Shown here piece after piece: positions 50,794 to 58,793 of a DNA stretch of 64,000 nt. Location: contig CAVWFR010000047.1 in NCBI GenBank assembly GCA_963754305.1, forward strand, positions 35,667 through 99,666, given 5' to 3'. A program made the translations under genes and the position numbers. Position 1 is the first letter of the stretch. Every line of letters begins with the position of its first letter. The DNA is from an uncultured beta proteobacterium (GTDB taxonomy: Bacteria; Pseudomonadota; Gammaproteobacteria; Burkholderiales; SG8-39). The notes beneath the pieces were generated by a model. It had not been told where the DNA came from and did no database searches. It was given only the letters and a program-made list of their open reading frames with translations.

Positions 50794-51278
50794 GCAAAGC
50801 ATGGGTGTACGGCGACAACGTCGACACCGACGTGCTCGCGCCGGGGCAGTACATGAAGTTCGGCATCGAGGAGATCGCGCGGCATTGCCTCGAGATGGTC
50901 GATCAGGCTTTCGCGCCGGGAGTGCGGCCGGGCGACGTGGTGGTGGGCGGGCGGAACTTCGGGATGGGCTCGTCGCGCGAGCAGGCGCCGGCGGCGCTGC
51001 GGCAGCTCGGCGTCGCGGCGGTGATCGCGCAGAGCTTCGCCGGCCTCTTCTATCGCAACTGCTTCAACGTCGGCCTGCTCGCCCTCACCTGTCCCGAAGT
51101 GACGCGCATCCGCGTCGGCGACGCCATCCGCTTCGACGCCATTGCCGGCCGCATCGAGAATCTCACCACCGGCGAATCACTCGCGTGCGAGCCGATCGCG
51201 CCGCATCTCATGGCGCTCGTGCACGACGGGGGGCTGCTCGCGCAGCTCGAGAAGCGGCTGGCGAAGGAGCGCGCATGA
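50790..51278 (+). CDS. Aconitase-family hydro-lyase small subunit (LeuD/DmdB-like)
   Basis: ATGA overlap with the large subunit. MSKAWVYGDNVDTDVLAPGQY..VVGGRNFGMGSSREQAPAAL. 162 aa. Confidence 0.85.
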   Translation: MSKAWVYGDNVDTDVLAPGQYMKFGIEEIARHCLEMVDQAFAPGVRPGDVVVGGRNFGMGSSREQAPAALRQLGVAAVIAQSFAGLFYRNCFNVGLLALTCPEVTRIRVGDAIRFDAIAGRIENLTTGESLACEPIAPHLMALVHDGGLLAQLEKRLAKERA

Positions 51279-52132
51279 GACTCAGGGAACGGCTTGCGGG
51301 GCCGGGAATCGTCCTCGCGCCGGGGGTGTACGACGCATTCACGGCGATGCTCGCCGAGCGCGCCGGGTTCGAGGCGCTTTACCTGTCCGGCGCGAGCGTC
51401 GCGTACATGCGCATCGGCCGGCCGGACATCGGACTCGTGACCGCAACGGAGCTCGAAGAGACGCTGTCGCGCATCGCCGAGCGCGTGACCGTGCCGGTGA
51501 TCGTCGACGCCGACACCGGCTTCGGCAACGCGCTCAACGTCCAGCGCACGGTAAAGCGGCTCGAGCGCGCGGGCGCTGCGGCGATCCAGCTGGAAGATCA
51601 GACCTCGCCGAAGCGCTGCGGCCATCTCGACGGCAAGCATCTCGTCACCGCCGGCGAGATGACCGGCAAGGTGAGAGCCGCAGTGGATGCGCGCGCGAGC
51701 TCGGACACCCTGATCATCGCCCGCACCGACGCGGTGGCAGTCGAAGGGCTCGAGCCGGCGCTCGAGCGCGCTGAAAGCTATCTCGCCGCGGGCGCCGACG
51801 TGCTGTTCGTCGAGGCGCTGCGCTCCGAAGCCGACATGCGCACCGCCGCGACGAAGTTCGCCGGTCGCGTGCCGCTGCTCGCCAACATGGTCGAAGGCGG
51901 CAAGACGCCAGTGCTGCCGGTCGCGGATCTCGAGCGGCTCGGCTTCGGCATCGCGATTTTCCCCGGCGGTACTGCGCGCGCCGCCGCGTTCGGATTCGCC
52001 GCGTACTTTGCGAGCCTCAAGGCTCACGGCACCACCCAGCCCTATCGCGGCCGGATGTTGGACTTCGACGAGCTGCAACAGTTGCTGGGCACCGCCGAGA
52101 TGCTCGCGGCGGGGAAGAAGTACGACGGCTAG
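51275..52132 (+). CDS. Isocitrate lyase/PEP mutase superfamily C-C lyase (methylisocitrate-lyase / dimethylmalate-lyase-like)
   Basis: ATGA overlap with the previous gene. VIVDADTGFGNALNV, and IQLEDQTSPKRCGHLDGK. The KRCGH loop is the lyase signature, not the PEP-mutase EDK-x5-NS motif. Confidence 0.8.
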   Translation: MRLRERLAGPGIVLAPGVYDAFTAMLAERAGFEALYLSGASVAYMRIGRPDIGLVTATELEETLSRIAERVTVPVIVDADTGFGNALNVQRTVKRLERAGAAAIQLEDQTSPKRCGHLDGKHLVTAGEMTGKVRAAVDARASSDTLIIARTDAVAVEGLEPALERAESYLAAGADVLFVEALRSEADMRTAATKFAGRVPLLANMVEGGKTPVLPVADLERLGFGIAIFPGGTARAAAFGFAAYFASLKAHGTTQPYRGRMLDFDELQQLLGTAEMLAAGKKYDG

Positions 52133-52247
52133 CGCGGCACCACCGCGCCGCGAGCCGCCCCGCCACGCCGGCCTCGCCGAGCGCGAGCGCCGCGGCGAGA
52201 CCCACCGGACCACCGCCCGCGATCAGCACACACGAATCGCCGCTCAC
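52133..52247 (-). pseudogene. N-terminal stub of an FAD-dependent monooxygenase/oxidoreductase
   Basis: MSGDSCVLIAGGGPVGLAAALALGEAGV is a GxGxxG dinucleotide-binding start. The frame then degenerates and runs into the 3' end of the opposing lyase gene. Confidence 0.55.
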
Positions 52248-52325
52248 GGTTGACGCGTTCCGCAGCCTAACTTAGTGTCTTAACCATAAGACATCTCCAA
52301 CCGATCGCGCCGGAGACTCGCCACA

Positions 52326-53120
52326 ATGTCGCGCAACGATCCCGCCTCGGCATCGTCGACCCGTCTCGGCCCACCCGCTGGCGCGCGACTCGCGATCACC
52401 GGCGGCTGCGGCGGCATCGGCCGCGCGCTCGTCGCGGCGGCGCTCGCCGACGGCCTCGAGGTCGCGGTGCTCGATCTCGCCGCCTCGATCGAGCGCCACC
52501 CGCCGCCGCGCGGGGTCCGCGTGATGGTGCTCGATGCGACCGACGAATCGGCGGTGGCCGCCGCGTTCGACGAGCTCGGACGCGCATGGCAGGGGCTCGA
52601 TCACCTCGTGAACCTCGCCGGCTTTGCGCGCGAGCGCATCCCGCTTACCGCGACGTCGTCGGCCGCCTGGGACGAGGTCGTCGGCGGCAACCTGCGCTCG
52701 ACGTACCTGACCTGTCGCGCCGCACTGCCGCTGCTCGGCAAGGGCGCGGCGGCTTCGATCGTGAACACGGCGTCCGGGCTGGCGGTGCGCTCGACGCTCG
52801 GGTTCGGGCCCTATTCCGCGGCGAAAGCGGGCGTGCTCGGGCTCACGCGCTCGCTCGCGGTCGAGTGCGCGCCCGCGGTGCGCGTCAACGCGATCGCGCC
52901 GACCGCGGTCGACACCGCATTCTTGCGTGGCGGCACCGGCCGCAGCGACGAGCGCGCCGCCTCCCAGGTCGATCTCGGGACCTACGCGAAGGCGATCCCG
53001 CTCGGGCGCGTCGGAACCCCGGAAGACATCGTCGGCCCAATCCTCTTTCTGCTCGGACCCGCCGCCCGCTACATGACCGGCCAGACGCTGCACATCAACG
53101 GCGGCCAGCTCACGCCGTAG
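52326..53120 (+). CDS. Short-chain dehydrogenase/reductase (SDR) family oxidoreductase
   Basis: LAITGGCGGIGRAL (TGxxxGxG), NLAG, catalytic YSAAKAG, and a C-terminus TGQTLHINGG. Confidence 0.9.
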   Translation: MSRNDPASASSTRLGPPAGARLAITGGCGGIGRALVAAALADGLEVAVLDLAASIERHPPPRGVRVMVLDATDESAVAAAFDELGRAWQGLDHLVNLAGFARERIPLTATSSAAWDEVVGGNLRSTYLTCRAALPLLGKGAAASIVNTASGLAVRSTLGFGPYSAAKAGVLGLTRSLAVECAPAVRVNAIAPTAVDTAFLRGGTGRSDERAASQVDLGTYAKAIPLGRVGTPEDIVGPILFLLGPAARYMTGQTLHINGGQLTP

Positions 53121-53169
53121 CCCGATTCCCAAGAGATCCCCGGTGCCGGCCCGCCGAGCGACCGCCTGA

Positions 53170-53901
53170 ATGAAGCCCAGCGACCCCCCGAAGCGGATCG
53201 GCGTCGTCGTTCCGCCGGCGAACCCGACCGTCGAGCCGGAGATGCGGCGCCTCCTGCCGCCCGAGTTCGCGATGTACGCCACCCGGCTGCCGGTGCTGCC
53301 GGGCGAGCTCCAGGCGCGCACCGACGCCTACGCCGCGCACTATCCGGCGGCGGTCAAGAGCTTCGGTTCGCTCGCGCTCGATGCGATCTACGTCGCCGCT
53401 ACCGGGCCGACGTATACGCTCGGCGAGGCGCAGGATCGCGCGCTCGTCGACGCTCTGTCGCAGACCGCGGGGACGCTGGTCCAGACCGCGAGCCTCGCGA
53501 TGCTCGACACGTTGCGCGCCATCGGGGCGCGCTCGATCGCGCTCGTGACCCCCTACCCCGACTGGCTCACCGCCCGGTCGGTGGCGTACTGGGAAGGCGC
53601 CGGCATCCGCGTCGCGCAGACCGTCACGATGTCCGGGGAGTTCCGCGCCTACCGGCTCGCGACCGCGGAAGTCGTCGCTGCCCTGCGCCGGGTTGACGCG
53701 CCGGACGCCGAGGCGGTGGTGCTGAGCGGCACCGGGATGACGACGATCGACGCGATCGCCACCGTGGGCACCGAGCTCGCGCTCCCGCTCCTTTCCTCCA
53801 ACCTCTGCGGCGCTTGGCGGCTGCTGATGGCGCTCGCGGGCCGGCCTGGCGCCGACCTCGCGCGCGCGGCGCCCTCGCTCGCGGCGCGTCTGCCGGGCTG
53901 A
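53170..53901 (+). CDS. Asp/Glu/hydantoin racemase superfamily protein (maleate-isomerase / arylmalonate-decarboxylase-like fold) lacking the usual catalytic cysteines
   Basis: [16 protein letters not shown].., ..[11 protein letters not shown].., ..[26 protein letters not shown]. By-eye alignment to AMDase (..MGTSLSFY.. / ..LLSCGGLLTLDAI..VPVVSSS) puts Ala and Gly at the two thiol positions. Confidence 0.7.
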   Translation: MKPSDPPKRIGVVVPPANPTVEPEMRRLLPPEFAMYATRLPVLPGELQARTDAYAAHYPAAVKSFGSLALDAIYVAATGPTYTLGEAQDRALVDALSQTAGTLVQTASLAMLDTLRAIGARSIALVTPYPDWLTARSVAYWEGAGIRVAQTVTMSGEFRAYRLATAEVVAALRRVDAPDAEAVVLSGTGMTTIDAIATVGTELALPLLSSNLCGAWRLLMALAGRPGADLARAAPSLAARLPG

Positions 53902-53924
53902 CCCGCTCGCTTTCCGTAGTTTCG

Positions 53925-54170
53925 ATGCGCACCGCCCGGTTCCTCGCCGCCTGTCTCCTCGCCTTGCCGCTGGCGGCGTTTGCGCAGAGCTACCCGAATC
54001 TCCCGGTCAAGCTTATGGTGCCGTTCGCGCCCGGCGGGGCGACCGACGTCGTCGCGCGCCTGCTCGCGCAGGAGTACTCCGAAACCTGGGGCCGGCAACT
54101 CCTGGTTGAGAGCCGGCCCGCCGCCCGCTGGACGCCGATCGTGCGCAAGGCGAACGTGAAGGCCGAATGA
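53925..54170 (+). pseudogene. Bug-family binding protein with a large in-frame internal deletion
   Basis: An 81-aa ORF. A Bug N-terminus (signal, SYPNLPVKLMVPFAPGGATDVVARLL..VESRPAA) is fused directly to the Bug C-terminal tail (RWTPIVRKANVKAE). About 250 aa are missing relative to the two intact paralogues in this window. Confidence 0.7.
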
Positions 54171-55470
54171 CAGCTGAGCTGCTGCGATGGCTCGCCGCTC
54201 GATCCACGCCGGAGCCCGTGCGGATGAAGGCCCGGCTCCTCGTGCTCGACACCCTCGGCTGCATCGTCGCCGGGGCCTCGGCGGAACCGGTTCGAGAGCT
54301 CGCGCGCTCGCTCGGCGCGCTCGAGTGCGGCGCGGTGCGGCTGCCGGGATTCGAGAGCGGCCTCGCCCCGCTATCGGCTGCAAGCTGCGCAGCGATCGCG
54401 GCCTGCTGGGACGAGGCGTGCGAGGGGCATGCGCGCGCGCATGGGCGGCCGGGCGTACCGGTCATCGCCGCAGCGCTGGCGATCGGGTGCGCGCGTGACG
54501 CTCGGCTCGGCGAGGTGATGGAGGCGATCGTGACCGGCTATGAAACGGGCGCGCGGATGGGCGAGGCGCTGCGGATTGGACCCGGCATGCACGTCGATCC
54601 GGGTTGGCCGGCGCTGGGCGTCGCCGCGGGCGTCGCGCGGCTCGTCGGCGCCGACGCCGCAGCGGCCGTGGAGATCGCAGCGTCGCAGATGCCGTTCGGC
54701 CTCTATCTTCCGATCGCGCAAGGCGCCGACGCCCGCAACACCTATCTCGGCCACGCCGCCTGGCTCGGAACGCACGCCGCGCTCGCGACGAGCGCCGGCA
54801 TGACGGCGCCGCGCGGCGCGGTCGAGCAGTACGCCGCCCTGGCGCTCGCACGCGGGATCGAGCGGGAGCCGCTCGGCATCGCACCCCCGGGCGAGGACTG
54901 GATCCTCGATGCCTATTTGAAGCCGTTCGCCGCCGTGCGTCACGTCCACTACGGCGCGCAGGCCGCGCTCGAGATGCGACGCGAAATCGGCGAGACAGTG
55001 GAAATCGGAAAGATCGTGCTCTCGGTCTACGACGAGGCGATCGTTTACTGCGGCAACCGCGATCCGCGCACACCGATCCAGGCGCAGTTCAGCCTGTCGT
55101 TCGGGCTCGCCGCGGCGCTGCGCTTCGGCGCGCTCGAGCCGGAGACCTACCGCGCGCCGCGATTCGACGATCCCGAGCTGCGGCGCCTCGAGCATCTGGT
55201 CGCGATCCAACGCGACACCGCGCGGGGCGCCGCCGGCGCGCGCGGGGCGACGGTCGTAGTGGAAGCGCGCGGGCGGCGTTTCGAGCGCAGCGTCGAGGCA
55301 GTCAAGGGCGACCCGGCGGCGCCGATGAGCGCCGGCGAGGTGCGCGACAAGTTCCTGCGCTACGCTGCGCCCCTGGGCGCGGCGCGCGCGCGAGCACTGG
55401 CCGACCAGGTGCTCGAAGCACCGCCCGACACCCCGCTGAAGGAGCTCGTGAGCCGACATGACGACCACCC
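54167..55470 (+). CDS. MmgE/PrpD family protein (3' end uncertain: no in-frame stop)
   Basis: ATGA overlap with the upstream fragment. LVLDTLGCIVAGASAEP, the HVDPGWPALGVAA region, and GDPAAPMSAGEVRDKF near the C-terminus. The frame stays open into the next gene, producing the 925-aa track ORF. The expected end is near 55459-55461. Confidence 0.75.
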
Positions 55471-56944
55471 CCACGCTCGACCTCGTGATCAAGAACGCGC
55501 GCATCGTGCGCCCGAACCGCAACTCGGTCGATCTCCTAGACATCGGCATCACGGACGGCAAGTTCGCGCGCCTCGCGCCGGACATCCGGCCGGAAAATGC
55601 GAAGAGCGTCTTCGACGCGAAGAACCTGCTCGCGTTCCCCGGCCTGGTGGACGCTCACATGCACGCCGGCATCTATCGGCCGCTTGCCGAGGACGCGGTG
55701 AGCGAGAGCAAGGCGGCGGCGATGGGCGGCGTCACGACGAGCCTCAACTACATGCGCTCGGGCCAGTACTACCTGAACCGCGGCGGGCCGTACCGCGACT
55801 TCATGCCCGAGGTGATGAAGCTCTCCACCGGCAACTTCTGGGTCGACTATGGCTATCACATCGCGCCGATCGAGGGGGGGCACGTCGGCGAAATGGACTC
55901 GCTTCTCACCGAGTGGGGGGTGCCGTCGTTCAAGATATTCATGTTCTACGGCGGCTACGGGTTGCACGGGAAGTCGGACTCTCAGAACGAGTTCCTCATG
56001 ATCGGACCCGACGACCGCTACGACGTCGCGCACTTCGAGTTCATCATGCGCGCGGCGAAACGCATGATGACCGCGCATCCGGACCTGGCCGACTACATCA
56101 GCGTCAGCCTGCATTGCGAGTTCGCCGACATCCTCAACGCTTATACGAAGCTCGTCGAGCGCGACGGCAAGCTCGACGGGCTCGCGGCCTACAGCGCGGC
56201 CGGCCGCCGCACTCGGAGGGGCTCGCGATCTGGATCGCGGCCTACCTCGCCTACGAAACCGAGTGCCTCAACATCAACCTGCTGCATCTCTCGTCGCGAA
56301 AGGCGATGGATGCGGCGCTGATGATGCAGGACACCTTCCCGCACATCAATTTCAAGCGGGAGGTCACGGTCGGGCATCTGCTGCTCGATACCGATTGCGC
56401 CTGCGGCGTGTCCGCGAAGGTGAACCCACCGATTCGCCCGCGCGCCGACGTCGAGGCGCTCTGGGAAGCGGTGCTCGAGCGCGATGTCGACTGGATCGTC
56501 AGCGACCACGCCTGCTGCGCGACCGAGCAGAAGTACAGCGCGAAGTTCCCGAAGAACATCTGGCTCGCGAAGTCCGGCTTCGGCGGCACCGAATATCTGC
56601 TCTCGGGCGTGCTGAGCGAAGGCTCGAAGCGCGGCATGTCCTACAACCACATGGCGGAACTCCTCGCCTGGAACCCCGCGCGCCGGTACGGCGTGCTCGA
56701 GAAGGGCGATATCGCACCCGGCTACGACGCCGACCTCGCGCTGGTCGATCCGCACGAAACGTTCACGGTGCGCGCCGCGGAGTCCGAATCCCAGCAGGGC
56801 TATTCGCCGTTCGAGGGCATGGAGCTGTCCGGCCGCGTGAAGAGCACGTTTCTCCGTGGCGAGTTGGTCTACGACCAGGGCAAGGCGGTCGGCAAGGCGC
56901 GCGGGAGGTACATCCGGCGCCCGACGAAGTTCGCCGGCGCATGA
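55458..56944 (+). pseudogene. Cyclic amidohydrolase of the D-hydantoinase/dihydropyrimidinase family, frame broken near 56195-56210 (one base missing; pseudogene or sequencing error)
   Basis: N-terminal frame: DLVIKNARIV..PGLVDAHMHAG (HxH), and VPSFKIFMFY (carbamylated-Lys region). C-terminal frame: RPPHSEGLAIW..INLLHLSSRKA..DWIVSDHACC..GYDADLALVD. Length is 1487 nt (3n+2). Confidence 0.8.
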
Positions 56945-57453
56945 GCGCCTGGCCGGATGCGCTCTACGAGGCCCTGCTCGCCGCGGGCGTGAAGCAGATC
57001 GCCTATGTGCCGGATGCCGGGCACAAGCGGCTGATCGAACTGGCACACGCCAACCGTGGCCTGAAGACGACGGTGCTGACGACCGAGGAGGAAGGCGTCG
57101 CGCTTCTCGTCGGCGCGCATCTCGGCGGCGACCGCGGTGTGCTACTCCTCCAGTCGAGCGGCGTCGGGAACTGCATCAACATGCTGTCGCTCGCGGCGGA
57201 GTGCCGCGTCCCGCTGCTGATGCTCGTGACGATGCGCGGGGAATGGGGCGAGTTCAACCCGTGGCAGATCGCGATGGGGCAGGCGACGCCGGCGACGCTC
57301 GCAGCGATGGGCGTAATCGTCCAGCGCGTCGACGAGGCCGCGCGCATCGTCGAGACCGTGCGGTCCGCGGCGGTCCTCGCGTTCGACTCCGGACGGATGG
57401 TCGCAGTGCTGATCGGGCAGCGCGCGATCGGCGCGAAGGTGTTTCGGAAATGA
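56941..57453 (+). CDS. TPP-dependent decarboxylase, N-terminal (pyrimidine-binding) half; sulfopyruvate decarboxylase ComD-like
   Basis: ATGA overlap with the previous stop. 170 aa: YVPDAGHKRLIE..VLTTEEEGVALLVGAHLGG..LLLQSSGVGNCIN. Confidence 0.7.
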   Translation: MSAWPDALYEALLAAGVKQIAYVPDAGHKRLIELAHANRGLKTTVLTTEEEGVALLVGAHLGGDRGVLLLQSSGVGNCINMLSLAAECRVPLLMLVTMRGEWGEFNPWQIAMGQATPATLAAMGVIVQRVDEAARIVETVRSAAVLAFDSGRMVAVLIGQRAIGAKVFRK

Positions 57454-58034
57454 GCACGCTCGAACGGCGTGCGGCGACGGCGCGGCTGCTCAGGGATCGT
57501 GGCGACGCCCTGGTCGTGACCGGCCTGGGCTCGACGACCTACGACTGTTTCGCGGCCGGCGACTCGCCGCTGACGTTCTACCTGTGGGGGGCGATGGGTG
57601 GCGCGGCGATGGTCGGGCTGGGGCTCGCGCTCGCGCAGCCACGCCGCCGCGTCCTGGTGATGACCGGCGACGGCGAGATGCTGATGGGCCTAGGGTCGCT
57701 GGCGACCATCGGCGTGCAGCGCCCTGCCAATCTCGCGGTCGTAGTGATCGACAATGGGCTCTACGCCGAGACCGGGATGCAACGGACGCACACCGCGAGC
57801 GGCGTGGATCTGGCGGGGGTCGCGCGGTCGTGCGGCATCGCCGCCGCCGAAACGGTGCAGACGGAAGAAGAGCTCGACGCGCTCGCCGGCAAGCTGTACG
57901 GCACGGCGGGACCGCTGGTCGCCGTGGTCAAGGTCTCGCCCGACGCCACCAAGATCGAACTCGCTCCGCGCGACGGGACGTCCCTCCGCGGTCGCTTCCG
58001 CGAAGCACTCCTGGGGCCGGACCCCCGGCCTTGA
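57450..58034 (+). CDS. TPP-dependent decarboxylase, C-terminal (diphosphate-binding) half; ComE-like
   Basis: ATGA overlap. 194 aa. TPP motif GDGEMLMGLGSLATIGVQRPANLAVVVIDNGLY. Confidence 0.7.
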   Translation: MSTLERRAATARLLRDRGDALVVTGLGSTTYDCFAAGDSPLTFYLWGAMGGAAMVGLGLALAQPRRRVLVMTGDGEMLMGLGSLATIGVQRPANLAVVVIDNGLYAETGMQRTHTASGVDLAGVARSCGIAAAETVQTEEELDALAGKLYGTAGPLVAVVKVSPDATKIELAPRDGTSLRGRFREALLGPDPRP

Positions 58035-58042
58035 GCTCGGCG

Positions 58043-58635
58043 CTACGCTCGCAGCCTGCGTCTGCGTGCGGCCATGATTCCGACCAGGCCGAGGCCCGCA
58101 AGCATGATCGCGTAGGTGCTGGGCTCCGGCACCACCTGCAGGAAGCCCCGGATCTCGCCGCCCGGGAACTGATTGGTGTGGATGTTGAAATACGCCTGGC
58201 CGCTGTCCAGACCGGCGACCAGGGCGTTCAGCGCACTGCCGACACTGCCGCCGTTGTTGGCAATGAAGTCCGGGTTGTAGCTGCCGGCGAGGGTCATGTC
58301 GAAGGTGCGATCGTAAGAGCCGAAAGTCCCCCCGAGCGGAAAGTCCGGGAAGGTCGGCACCGTCGTGGCCACGCGCACGTTGCCGGGCGCATCGACGCAG
58401 CAGTGGATGTGCGACGCCGTGACGTTCCCGAGCAGGCCGTCGAAGGTCGTCTGAACCTGCATCGTCACAGTGTCGAGATCCAACGTGACCAACCCGACGC
58501 CGACCCCGGGCGACGCGTTGACCGGGTTCTCGAGCGAGCCGAAAAGGTCGGTCGTGTACTGCGTGGTGTGTGCGGCGACCGGTAGGGAAACGATCGTCGC
58601 GAGCGCCAGGGTAGCGAGGGAGACCTCCAGTTTCA
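58043..58635 (-). CDS. CHRD-domain protein with a PEP-CTERM sorting signal
   Basis: Start at MKLEVSLATLALATIV (signal). ASHIHCC..AYFNIHTNQFPGGEIRG (CHRD-like). C-terminus VPEPSTYAIMLAGLGLVGIMAARRRR. The longer track ORF overlaps the ROK gene start. Confidence 0.8.
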
Positions 58636-58793
58636 TGACCATGGACTCCTTGTCTTGTCGGTTCGGGCTGGCGTTGAGGTGCGCCGGCTTTCCGAGAACA
58701 CCCTGGTGATGAGAATATTCCGGCCATTCCGTGAAGCTTTGGTTGCCGCCGGCTTGGACGATTCCACCGTAGGCGAGACCCTGTAGAAACAGC

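Noticed and set aside
54167-56944. A single giant 925-aa multidomain PrpD-hydantoinase fusion protein.
   Set aside because: The middle ~250 residues are nonsense (Arg/Pro/His-rich) read from the wrong frame of the hydantoinase N-terminal half. The true N-terminal half, with its HxH and Lys motifs, is in another frame.
51275-58034. A phosphonate biosynthesis hallmark: a PEP-mutase-superfamily gene plus a ComDE/phosphonopyruvate-decarboxylase-like pair in one cluster.
   Set aside because: The superfamily member carries EDQTSPKRCGH, the catalytic-Cys lyase loop, rather than the PEP-mutase EDK-x5-NS motif. The decarboxylase is also not adjacent to it. A PepM-specific HMM or motif check would be decisive.
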